Part shown: positions 24,446 through 36,522 of the stretch, piece by piece
How positions within the stretch are numbered: the first letter of the stretch is position 1
Layout: every line of letters begins with the position of its first letter
DNA from: Camelus ferus
Lineage: Eukaryota
Direction: 5' to 3'
Assembly (NCBI RefSeq): GCF_009834535.1
Contig: NC_045698.1
Span: 9,302,001-9,366,000 of the forward strand
DNA length: 64,000 nucleotides
The notes under the pieces: generated by a model
What the model was told of the DNA's origin: nothing
Databases searched by the model: none
Seen by the model: the letters and a program-made list of their open reading frames with translations, nothing else
Translations under genes and position numbers: made by a program

Positions 24446-27326
24446 TGCAATATTGTTATTTTCTTTCATATGGTTTTCTGCATTTCTTTTGTTTTCAACA
24501 ATTATTTTACATTTAAATTTTAAAAAATTGTTTCAACTCTCAACATCAATATAATATTCTTTGAAGGATAGTTTTGATTGTTATAAAACAATAAAGCAAC
24601 AGCAACAAGAACGTTAATATTCTTGCCACCGAAATATCTGGCAGAGCCAGTGGCAAATAGAATCAGTCCCTTTCTCTGTGACTCGACAAATAAATGACAT
24701 TTTGTATTCCATTCTGCTAGCTGTTTTCCCATAAATTTAAAGCAACATAATAGCAGCATGCTTGCTGTATTGATTTTACAACCTTGAAGGTGTTTTTAAT
24801 CTTGGAAAAAGTAAACCTTCATTAACAAGTTGTCGCTTTCACAGCAAATAATTCTAAGCTACAGGATTTCACTAGGAAAGGAAAACATCCGTTTCCAATA
24901 ATACGGCGTGATTAAAATATTCTTTATTTAGCCTGATGCATTTTAATTTTCTAAAAGTATAACATTTAGGTATTTAAGAATTTCATTTGTTTACATTCTA
25001 TTCTATTTGGGGGGTTATTTATTTGAAGTTCATGTTCACCTATATGTGCTCCCTGAAGAAAAAAAAGAAAATGATGCCTTTTATCTTAACGCATCAAGAC
25101 AAGAAACAGTAATAACATAAATAAGGGGGGAAGGGCAGAGTTACAGAAATAAAGGATGCATTAAAGTGTAACTTCAAAGGGCCAAGTCAATTAGTCCTTT
25201 CTGCCTTAGATATGCTATAAAATACTAATGATCTAAAGAAAGCTTTCTCTAATTCCATCTTTTGTTTTGTTTTGTTTTCAGCTTTAACCATATGTCTGTC
25301 TGACTCGAGTAAAATCAGGCATCTCTTGGGTCCCAGGTAACATGATTCTTCATTGTTTGGCACTTACACTTAAATGTACTATGACTGGATGGAAAAAGTG
25401 CTAAAATCAGCCTTGCCTTAGTGGTTTTGATTCAAAGACCAAAAAAAGAAAAAAAAGTATTCCTCCCACCATGAAAAGTGAATACCTCCTACGAGGCTGA
25501 AATTCACTCCTGTCATCGGACATAGTTCAGGATACCAAAGCTGTTGTTGTTAATAATTCTCCCTATCCTAGAATTCTGGAAAATAAAATCAGAATTATAA
25601 AATTATATTGGATCTTGAATGTTGGATTAATAATATTAGGATCAGTAATAGAATTTCAGTCTCGCTCCATGGTGTAAATGAAATTTAATCCAAAATTATC
25701 TTTGGAAGGCAACTTTTTGAAAGTGCTTAACTGTGCATTTATTTCTATTCACTGTGAGCCAGGTAACTGGGCAGCCATTCCACATTCCACTCTAGGGAGA
25801 AAGGTAGAGAAAATCCTCTTTGATGTAGAAGCTAGGACACGCCAGACCAAAAGATAACATGGTAACAGGGAGATAACCACAGTGGCCAAAAAAGCAGACA
25901 TGCAAACAAAGCTCTCCAAGCTGTGGTCCTAGATGGTGTAGGTGAGTTAAGATGAAATAAAAGCAAACAATGGAGGTGGTGAGAGCCTGAGGGTCCCCTA
26001 TTCCCTTTACCCCATTGCCCACTCGCATGTGTACATTTTCTATTTCGAACTTCCCAAAACAGCTATAGGAAGTCAAGTTGGCCAGGAGCCTGAACTAACC
26101 TGGCAGAAGAAGTACCTGATTTGTGCTTCCAAGAATCTTCCTTGGGTTCCATATAGAGAGGAAGACATCCAGGAGCTGCCTTCCCCCATCACCATGAAAG
26201 GGGGGCTCACCAAAGAGGTCACTGTGGCTGAGTTTGGGAGAACTGATACCCAGAGCAGCAAGACCAGAAGTGAAAAGCATGTCCAAGGCCAGTGATGCCA
26301 ACTGTTCCCTTGGTAAAAGACAGATGGCAAAAGGAAATCTGACAAGCCAAGCCATCTGAAAGAGACTGAGTCAGTTAGTGGAACCAATTCAGCTTACTGA
26401 AGTAGATATTTTTTTTGCACCAGTTTGGGGGAATTGGTACTTGGGATGGAGTACAGATAATTAAATGGACGTTTAAAGTGACATCTTTTTTGTGTGAGTG
26501 CAGTGTATATATTTGTCATCACACTACTTTCCAAGGAAAGACTTGCTCATAATTTTCCTGGGAATAAAATTACAAATTCTAGACCATCTGTGTACTACTT
26601 GAGGATGTGAGAGAGTTGGTGAAGATGAGACAGATTCAAATAATTCTAATTAGTTGTGTGAATAAAATAAATGTGTGGATAAGAACTTTAATTTCTAATA
26701 CTTTGGACCGACCCACCTATGTTGTGAATCAGCTCAAATAACTTACGAAGACACTGCCATTTTGACTAACAGAAAAAACTTTTGAGATGTTTTTAACTAA
26801 CCCTGAAGGAAAAGGTTCTCTGTTGTATCTTAATGCTCTTGGACTTTATATTTTTTTTTAACCAGTCACTGGAAGAACATAATGGATAATTATTTTGTCA
26901 AATAGAGGACATGGCTATTTTAGTAAAAAAACAAGAAAGAACAAAGAGAAAAATGGGGAAAACATTCAAGATTTAGTTTTTATTCATTTGCAAGCATTGC
27001 TTTTCTGTATTCATATAGATGCATTTCATGCCTAGTGCTGGTAAGGAAGGAAAATATTTCTGGGATTTTAATTCTAAGTAAGATTGAAATAACGTTTCTT
27101 AAAAACAATTATGACTATATTATGATCCCAGAATCTGGGTGCTGTGCTTACATGTGTCATTCATAGAAACAGTTTTGATTTATTAACCAAATACTCCTTT
27201 CCCCTCCTAGAATAGTTTGTATCTAACAATTCATGCTGATAAATGATAATCTAGCATAATTGGGAGGCATATACAATAAAAATTAAACCATGGGGACCTA
27301 CTTTATAACCCTTACTTTCCATGTTT

Positions 27327-27328
<2 letters not shown>

Positions 27329-27365
<37 letters not shown>
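27329..27365. repeat. (GT)n microsatellite, about 18 units
   Basis: Seen directly. Confidence 0.97.
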
Positions 27366-27367
<2 letters not shown>

Positions 27368-28024
27368 GTGGAGATACAGAAATGTCAAACAGTAAATACT
27401 ATACATAACTTTCAGTTCTTCACTCCTTGCAAGTCTTGACCTTCCTAAAATCTCTCTTCACACATGAAGATTGAATGCTCAAAAGAATGATATATTTCAT
27501 AAGGAAGAATACATAAGGAAAAAATAATATCAGGAAAATAACCCACATGATCTAATAAACTATGTCTATTTGTAAGAGAAAAAAACCCTAATGCAGTTTA
27601 GCACTTTGAATTGGAAGAGCAGTTTTACAACTGAGACGTGTGCATCACGTGTTGCTTCTGAACTTGGCCAGCTTCTCTCTGCTATTCAGCATTTTGTTGA
27701 AACTTACCATATTTGTTTCCTTTCATATTTGTTATAAAAATTAGAAGAGGACCAAAGGCATTACAAATGAATAAAGGCAGATTAGATAAGGATGAAAACA
27801 ATGTTTTATTGCTCTGAAAGCATACTCCTTAACTCTTACGTCAAAAAGGAGACTGCTTTGACATTGACCGATATTTTTTCAAACCTGATGCCTGAAGAGA
27901 AACAGAAGAAACAAATTTTTTTAATTCCAAATTTTATGCTTTACTTCTTTGTTTGCTTGTGGTTTTAGGTATAAAGCTAGCAGGCAGTGATTATTTGAAA
28001 AGAAAACAAAATTTAGCTAAGATG

Positions 28025-28170
28025 GCATTGGATTTCAATTCTAACATTGTCAGTTACTAGCTATTGAACCTTGAGACAAGTATGTGATACAGTTTTCTCA
28101 TCATTAATGGAAGATATAATGTATGCCTTTCTGTGTTAAGTAAGTGCTAAATGTAATCGTAGGTATCAAG
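28025..28170 (+). mobile_element. MIR fragment
   Basis: 'ggatttcaattctaac...ttactagctattgaaccttgagacaagt...cagttttctcatc'. Confidence 0.55.
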
Positions 28171-28284
28171 CATATGGGCAGCACTCCCAAATAGCAGCCT
28201 ACTCTACATACAAATATACAATGTGCTTTTCTCGTTTATCTCCACCTTCGAATAGAAAGTGATTGTCACCTTTTCCCTGCCTCA

Positions 28285-28380
28285 GAATTCTTGGAGAATT
28301 TTTAAATAATTTAGATGCATGGAGCCCAAATCTGATGATCTGATATACTGATTCAGTTGGTGCTGTGTTGTTGACCTGGC
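28285..28380. mobile_element. MER5-like hAT fragment
   Basis: 'agaattcttggagaatttttaaataatttagatgcatggagccc...ctgattcagttggt'. Confidence 0.5.

Positions 28381-28381
<1 letters not shown>

Positions 28382-28408
<27 letters not shown>
28382..28408. repeat. (AC)n microsatellite
   Basis: Seen directly. Confidence 0.95.
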
Positions 28409-28409
<1 letters not shown>

Positions 28410-28411
<2 letters not shown>

Positions 28412-29620
28412 TAGTGAGCACACCTATGTAATGAGCATCCACATCCAGACACAGTACGTTACCAGGACCCCAGAAGCTCCACCTGTGCTCTTTTCCAGGC
28501 ACATCCCCCAAGGACAACAGCTAAAGGGATGTCTAACAACAGAGATTACTTTTGTCCAGTTTTGTGTTTGTTTCAACGTTATGTTTGTGAGAGTTATCTA
28601 TGTGGTTGTGTATAACTGTAGATAATGTATCCATTAATTGTATCTAATTAAACTACTTGTATATAATAGCAATGCATTCTCTAAATACATCGTAACCACT
28701 TTATTCATTCTCCTCTTGAGGATCATATGGGTAATTTCTAGATTTTGGCTAATAAGAGTAGGGCTGCTATTCCATAAACACACATGACATTTTATAAACG
28801 TGTATCTGTTAGATATCTTCTGAGGAATAGAATGCCAAGTTCTGTGGTATTCATAAGGTCACATGTAGTAGAAACTAATATTTTCCAAATTGTTTGGCTC
28901 AGGTTACCTTCTCAGTAACACTACATGAGAGGGCCAAGGACGCCCCATTTCTTCTAACACTTGCATTTTTCATAGTTTTTAATTTTAGCCATTGTAATGG
29001 GAGCATAATGATATCATACTGTGGTTTTAATTTGCATTCTTGATTTATAAAACTTAGCGACTTTCATGGTTTGAATGCCTTTTTACAGTCTTTACTCAAG
29101 TCTGTTTGCCTTATTTTCTATTGTTTTGGATTTTTATTTCTTCTTATTAACATTATATAGTCTGGGGCTAAGGTGTTTGTTTTTGTCAGGTACCTGTATT
29201 ATCAATAACCTATCTTCCTCTAAGCATGGCCTTTTTAATCTCATAATGCTGTACACTGACACAGGTTTTCTTAATTTTAATGTATCAGTTAGAGTTATCA
29301 TTTTTCTCTTGCTGTTAGTGTTTTTTGTGCCCTCTTTAAGAAATATCTGCCTACTCTAAGATAAAAGATTTTATGTGTTTTCTTCTCAAAACTTTATCAT
29401 TTTTTTTGAAATTAGATTTGAAATCTAACAGGAATTGACTTTTTGTCTGCTGATTTGTTTCTGGATCCTCTATTCCATTGCATTGGATGCTTGTCTTAGA
29501 TAATACGAGACTGCTTTAATTGCTCTAGCTGTATAAAGTTCTTAAGATCTGATTGCAAAACCTCCAACTATTTTATTTTTTTCACTTGCATTGAGTATTT
29601 GTGGCTCTCTGCTCTTCTGT
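28410..29620 (-). mobile_element. Old L1ME-like 3' region
   Basis: 'ttttaattttagccattgtaatggg...tgtggttttaatttgcatt', 'tttaagaaatatctgcctactctaag', 'ttaattgctctagctgtataa'. Confidence 0.75.
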
Positions 29621-31329
29621 ATCAAGTACTTCAATGTACCCCACTGATTCAGAGGTGCCACTGGGAGCATAAAATCCCCTGTATTTCTGACCTGTGTATG
29701 TGTATGTCTGCCCAGCTATCTATGGCTTTGGAGATAGCCCTAGCTCAGTAAAGCAAGGCTGCCTATTCTTAATGTTGGAAACTAGCAAAGTAAACAGAAT
29801 TTCCCAATAGAGCTGCCCTGAAGAGTGCTGGGCCAAGGGCACATGACCTAGTGCATCAAAAGTGCTTTCATAGTGTATATTTATTTCGTCTCCTCCTTTG
29901 ACTATAAGCCTCATGAGCATCTTTGATATGCTCAGTATTATACCAGCAAGCACTATAAAGCTTAAGGTCCTCAATTAAGATGCACTGAATGTATGACTGA
30001 ATGAATTCATTCATTGTGTGAGTAAGCCTGTCTTCCCTTGGAAACACCATGTTAACAAGATTATTAAATAATCAAGTGTAATCTCTCTTTCAGGTAAATA
30101 TTAGCATCTTATTAAGTGAAGAGTTAATAGTGGTCTGATGAATTCCATTAGCTCATCCCCAGTGACATTTTTCGTCTTGTCAGTGTGTTGGAGAAAACGT
30201 AAATAGGGCAGTCTGATGAAATGGCGTGTAAGCGTTAGCCTTGAGAGTCATAGCCAGAATCTGTTTCCTCGCTCACAAATTACAGTTCACGATGCTGACT
30301 GAAACGTGAAGTATTTGATACGGTCTCGTCGCCCAAGTGGTACCTGGTAGTAATAGTAAAATATAGATGGTTTCCACATAATTAAGTAGTAGAGCTTCAT
30401 AATAAATTACTTTGTATCACTGACTATGGGTAGATGAGCTTATGGTATTGACTCTGTCTAGAGGATTTGAGATAGTTCTACACTAAGACTTGGTGTCTCA
30501 TACAGTCGGCTTCACTTTAAACCAAAACTCACCATTACCGAGCTATTATCTAAACCACCGTTTAGGTACTCAAATTCATATCTAAATTAGTAACAGAATT
30601 AAAGAAGGAAAATGTTATAAGTAATTTTAACATTTCACAGGCACACACACACACTCACACACAAATACACACAAGTGAAGAATGATTGTGATGGAAGTAG
30701 TCCAGTCAATGTACTGAAATACGCAAGTCGCAATCCTGTTTGATTTGGACTTTAATTTCATATCACTAGTTAATACACCAAATATTCTCAGTTTGTTCAA
30801 TCTTAATTCTAGGCCCATACAGAATTACTTTCTAGAAGTCTTACCAATCACCTCTATTTTCAGCTCTTTGATAAATGCATTGAATTTCCAGTTCAGTGTG
30901 TATATAATTTTGGAAGGTGTCACACAAAGACCCTAATTCATTCATCTTTAATTCAAGAATGGAAAGTTCAGCTGTAGTAGCAAGCGACTGGAATTTATGA
31001 TGTGAAGATGGATTAGTTGCGTCTCATCTTGAAATGGCATTGAACGTTATTCACCCTTACGAGCATCGATACTTGCTCACAAACGTGAACCAGTCACATA
31101 TCTCTTCTTTGACAACAAGGGAGAATGAAATACAGCAATAATCGTAATGTGCATACAGCATCTGTTGCTTCTGAGCCAAGAAACACATATATAAAGAAAG
31201 CCTCCTCTCAGGGGGTCCTTTCTCACAGCCTTCTCTCGTAAGCGTCCAGAATTTCAGAGTTTGATTAGCGCCAGTATATTTCAACCTATTTTTCATCATT
31301 CATAAATGGCCATTTGTTCTTTACTAATA

Positions 31330-31700
31330 TGCATCTATTATAATTCGTATTACTGAGGGATGAACATTAAGTGATTTCCAGTAATACTCCCCATCCATGA
31401 TCATATAATTTTATGCATATGTAAGTATTTTGAAAGAGAGATTTCTCGAATTGGAATGTCTGACTGAAAATGTTCATGAATTTATAATTTTAATACAAAT
31501 CTCCATATTTTCTCAGAAAGAAAAGACTTTGTTCATGTGTCCATTCGCCAACAATAGATGAAATTCTCATTTCCCCAAAACCTTTCCAATACTAGGCATT
31601 GCTGAGCTCATATTAAATGTCTGTAAAATGATAGGTTAAATTATTTTAAAATAATTTAAAATATTTTAATTCAGTTGATTAATTCTGAGCTTTAGTACGT
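31330..31700 (-). mobile_element. Old L1ME-like fragment
   Basis: 'gatgaacattaagtgatttcca', 'ccattcgccaacaatagatgaaattctcatttcccc'. Confidence 0.55.
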
Positions 31701-32014
31701 TAAAAAATATTATTAGTGGTTATTGTGACTGTTTAGTGTAAAACCCATTGATTGTCATGGCATTTTTACAGATGGTAAAGTATAGTATATGTACGTCCTC
31801 AGTACCTAATACATCTCCATCTGTTTCCTTTGCTGGATGTTACTTAGTTCAGATTCTTCTCAGCAGTTCCTCTACTCTTTACCTGTCACTTCTGCCTTCT
31901 CTATGGTGTCCTGAGTGCTGTTGTCCCAAATTAGGAATTATAGCAAGATGGTAATATAAAATGTTATCGCTAAAAACTCTTCTCTCCTCCTGATTTCCAA
32001 TCAAATTATCAAAT

Positions 32015-32225
32015 TATTACAGTTCCCTGTGCTATACAGAAGAAATTTGTTTTTATCTATTTTTATATATAGTGGTTAACATTTGCAAATCTCAAATTCT
32101 CAAATTTATCCCTTCCCACCCCTTTTACCCCAGTAACCATAACATTTTTTACTATGTCTGCAAGTCTGCTTTTTTTGTAGATGAGTTCATTTTTGTAGAG
32201 GATGAGTGTCCTCTTTTTTCCTTTT
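32015..32225 (-). mobile_element. Internal L1 3'UTR fragment lacking the tail (intermediate subfamily)
   Basis: 'agttccctgtgctatacagaag...aaatttatcccttcccacc...cagtaaccataa', same type as 45275-45624. Confidence 0.85.
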
Positions 32226-32229
32226 AAAA

Positions 32230-33085
32230 TGACAGGTATTGACTATTACAGTATCATACAGAGTCATTTCACTGCCCTAAAGATCCTGCTTGCGCCCCAC
32301 ACTCATCCCTCCCCACCCCATCCAATCCTTGGCAACCGTCCCCATAGTTTTGCCTTTTCAAGAATGTCATGTAGTTGAAATCATCCAGTTTGTAGCCTTT
32401 TCAGATTGGCTTCTCTATTTAGTAATATGGATTTAAATGCCCTCAATATCTTTCACGGTTTGATTGCTCATGTCCTTTTAGCACTCAATAAGATGTTGTC
32501 TGAATGTACCACATATTATTTATCCACTTGCCTACTGAAGGGCATCTTCATTGATTCCAAGTTTTGGTAATTATGAATAACGCTGCTAAAAATATCCATG
32601 TGAACATATGTGGACATGAGTTTTCAACTCCCTTAAGCAAGTACCAAACTGCTGAATCCTATGGTAGGAGTATGTTTAGTTTTGTAAGAAACTGCCAAAC
32701 TGTCTTCTAAAGTGGCTGTATTCTTTTACATTCCCACCAGCAATTCCCACCTGTTCCTCCACAAACTCACCAGTATTTCGTATTGTCAGTATTCCATGGC
32801 CATTCTAAGAGGCATGCAGTTGTATCCCTTCGTTTTTTGAATTTGTGTTTCCCTGATGACACTTGATATGGGGCATATTTTCTTGTGCTTATTTGCCATC
32901 TGTGAATTTTCTTTGGTGAGGAGTCAGATAAGGTCTTTGGCTCATTTTTCAATTAAGTTATTTTTCTTAGTATTGAGTTTCAAGAGTTCTTTTTATATTT
33001 TGGATAACAGTCCCTTGTCAGTTGTGTCTTTTGCAAATATTTTATCCAAGTCTGTGGCTTATCATGTCATCCTGTTGATTATTTT
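32230..33085 (-). mobile_element. L1MC-like 3' region
   Basis: 'acagtatcatacagagtcatttcactgccctaaagatcc', 'gtttagttttgtaagaaactgccaaactgtcttc', 'ttattttggataacagtcc'-like motifs. Confidence 0.88.
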
Positions 33086-33619
33086 TTGATATAAGTAACA
33101 AAGTAAATTGGAAACACTACCCTAGGCCATTGTGATCATTGTATAACATGTAGAATTTCTAGACAATGCAATAACAAGAAAAATTAGCAAAATACTACAA
33201 AACAATAACAAAGTGATGCCTTGAATCAATGAATGCATGCGATGAAAACTAGGGAAAATAAAATAAACCACAACAGGAACTGCTCTGCACTTCAGTGTCT
33301 TTACCATATGAAGAAGTCTGTTCTTTATCATTAGAGTATTAGCTAGTGTGAACTTTAAATAAACGTGATGTGCATGCTTCTACAGTTGAGAAAAATCATT
33401 CCGTTTTGGATGCTAGATGTAAACAAGAAAAGAATGGAGGCAATTAGGAAAGTTAGAAGAGCATCCACATAATTAATTTGAGTTTTAATGATAGTTTAAG
33501 TGAAGGCAGTAGCTGTGGGGATGATTTAAAAGATAGAGAAACTTAAAAATAGTAAGAGCCTTTGTATCAAATGATTTTAATTATTGGTAAATAGAAATGA
33601 GGTTTAAAAAAGGATGGAA

Positions 33620-33680
33620 GGGAATAAGAAAGAAAGGAAGAAAAAAAGAAAGAAAAGGAAAGAAAGAGAAAGAAAGAAAG

Positions 33681-33762
<82 letters not shown>

Positions 33763-33845
33763 GGAGGGAGGGAGGGAGGGAGGAAGGAAGGAAAGAAGGA
33801 AGGAAGGAAAGAAGGAAGGAAGGAAAGAAGGAAGGAAGGAAAGAA
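33620..33845. repeat. Compound (GAAA)n-(GGGA)n-(GGAA)n polypurine tract
   Basis: Seen directly; source of the K/E/R-rich ORFs 33597..33914 and 33614..33871. Confidence 0.97.
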
Positions 33846-34104
33846 GTAAGGGAGTTAAAAATCTGCCCTAGTATTTTTCTCAGGCATTTGGGAGGATGGT
33901 ATTTTCAGTTGTAGGGATAAGATGGAAAAAGAAAACAATTTAAATGACGCTGATGTGTTAAATGTGGACATGCTGAACTTGATATTCTTGTGTAATATCA
34001 CAGAAAGAATGTTAATGAGTAGCTATATTATCTGAGATAAATATGGAGATATGGAAGTTATCAGAATAGATATAATATTAATACCCGCATGGAACGATTG
34101 CTGG

Positions 34105-34265
34105 ATAACAAACACTGCTCTAAGTGGTACTTTAATCTCTGTGACAACTGAATGAGGTAGAATAATAATACTGGATTTTCGTATGTCAGAACATAAAACT
34201 GAGACACAAAGGGTTAAATGCCTTGTCCAAGGTCACAAATTTTGTCAATAGTGGTGCTGAGGTTT
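34105..34265 (-). mobile_element. MIR fragment
   Basis: 'aaaactgagacacaaagggttaaatgccttgtccaaggtcaca' MIR core. Confidence 0.75.
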
Positions 34266-34449
34266 GTTTAAGAAAAAAAAAATGCCAAGCAATTTGCAGC
34301 AGGGCCTAGGCTTTGAAACACAGCTTTGAAACACAGCTCCATATAAGATGGTAACTTAAATATTGGAATAGGTGATATCAACCAGGGATAACTTCTAAAA
34401 TGGCAATAAATTGGTCTGAGAACTAAATCTTATGGGGAAAATCAACATT

Positions 34450-34805
34450 AAAAAAGCCAAACTCATAGAAACAGAAGGCAGAGTGGTAGTTTCCAGAAGT
34501 TAGGGGAGGAAGGAATGAGGAGATGTTGGTCAAAGGTACAAACAACAGTTATAAAATGAATGAGTTCTGGCGATCTGCTGTATACCATGGGGACTAATAG
34601 TTAACAATACTGCATCGTATACTAGAAAGTTGCTAAGACAGTGTTTTTACCACCCAAAAAAGGGGTAGTTATGTGAGGTGATGAATGTGTTAATGAACCT
34701 TATTCACATAACCATTCCATAATATGTGCAGGTACCACCTCACTATACACCTTATAACATTACATAATGTTATATGTAAATTTCATCTCAATACAGCTGG
34801 AAAAT
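34450..34805 (+). mobile_element. Old L1 3' end (L1MA9/L1MB-like)
   Basis: Same type as 17820-18240: 'aaagccaaactcatagaaacagaaggcagagtggtagtttccag', 'gaaagttgctaaga', 'catctcaatacagctgg'. Confidence 0.85.
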
Positions 34806-36522
34806 TATTGGCAGTGAAAAAGGAGACTGGGAAGAAAGTAGAAATAGGGCCACCTAAAGACAAGGTGACCATGGAGGGGAGGGCCAAAGTTCTCAAGAGA
34901 ACTGAGCTTCTCGGGAACAAGAGGATGGTGGGCTAACAGCATGAAAGCCACCTAAAGTGACATGGAATATAAGAATAAAAAAATATTGACTGTGTTTTAG
35001 CAATTAAGAAGTTCACTGTTGATATTGCCATTAGAACTGCAACATGGTGCAGAGTTGAATGGTTTGGAAAGCATAGGGAAGAAACATGAGAAAGGAACTC
35101 AGGAGAAGTGGTGGCTTGTCTTTTCATGAATTTCAGGTGTATCCTTAAAGATATCAATTAACTTTTTCAAGTTCTGCAAAAAAAAAAAATTTTATTGTAA
35201 AATGGGTGCAATCCTCGTTGTTCTAATAACCCATATAATTATATTCTAAAAATATATACTTCTTTATTGCTATTATGAGTTGAAATATATCTTCACTAAA
35301 ACATACTAGAGGCAGGGGGGCAGGGGTTGAGGGAAGATGTTTTCTATATTTGCACCACTTGGAAACACAAACCAGTTGGTGCTTTAAGGAAAAAAAAGGC
35401 CAATTTTGTTTTGTTGTTTCCAAATTTCATTGTAAATGGTCTTTACAGAAATAACAGATGCTCCTTTTAACTGGATGTATTCTCTGCAAGACAATAGCTA
35501 AGAAAATTGTAACTTGTACTTTAAAAGGATAATAAAATAGCACATCAGTGTAAATGAAATTTACTAGTGATCAGAAACAAACACTGAAATTTACCATTTA
35601 ATGATACATTTCTGCATCAGCATTCTTGCATTTCAAAGGCAAATGAACCTACATCTATGAAAAATATTCTGACATCATTAAAGCATTATAAAATGTTTTT
35701 GAATGTCTGTGCCTTTTATTGCTTCTTCCTCAAAATAATATGTTTACAGACTGACATTTTTGTGCCCATGTTGCAGTAACTTTGAGACCAGAAAGTATGC
35801 ACTTCACACAACTTTCTAAATGAATTTCATAAACACAAATCCTAAGGGCAGAAAGGATCTGAAGCACCCCCTAATCTATAAATCAATTTTGATGTTCCAA
35901 TAAGTATATGTTTCTCATGAAAACACTAGTGGCCTAAAAACTATCTCTCTTAGAGTAATTCTACACAAAGGCCTTTGAAATTGAACATGATGAAAAACTC
36001 AGAAATACATTAAAAAATAAATTTGATTAAATTTAGCCAACATTTGTTACACAGGTACCAAATGCTGTTCCAGGCCTGCCTTTAGTTCCGAACCAAGAGA
36101 AATAATCAGACAAGAAGCAATTAAATATAAAATAATGCGATGAAAACATAATCAAATTATCTATGATCTGCTATGGAATGTAAATCAATTTACTCATATA
36201 AATTCACTGGGAAATTTCTCCAAAAATTGTATGATTTTATGGTGTATATAACATAATTTTATCTATATTACCTGCTGCTTTCAAGGATAGCTTTCTTGGC
36301 TTAGCAGCTGATAATGAAAATTTGTGGCATTGATTTGGAGTTTGGGACCCAGAGTAATTTTAAGAGTTTTTGAAGATTATTTTCTCACTTCCAGAAGACT
36401 GCTCGTGGACAGCAGCTGCTGCTGCAGCCAGTGCCCCTCACTCTGTAGAAATGATGACATCTGAACTAGACCCACGTTTTCGCAAGTGCATCAGGATATG
36501 CAGCATTTCACTCTCTGCAACA

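Noticed and set aside
30125..30225. Two CTGATGA motifs suggesting a hammerhead ribozyme or C/D snoRNA
   Set aside because: Could not build stems I and III or a correct stem II closing pair before GAAA; no convincing terminal stem for a snoRNA
33597..33914. K/E/R-rich ORFs (also 58272..58532 and 58301..58519)
   Set aside because: Translations of GAAA/GGAA microsatellites
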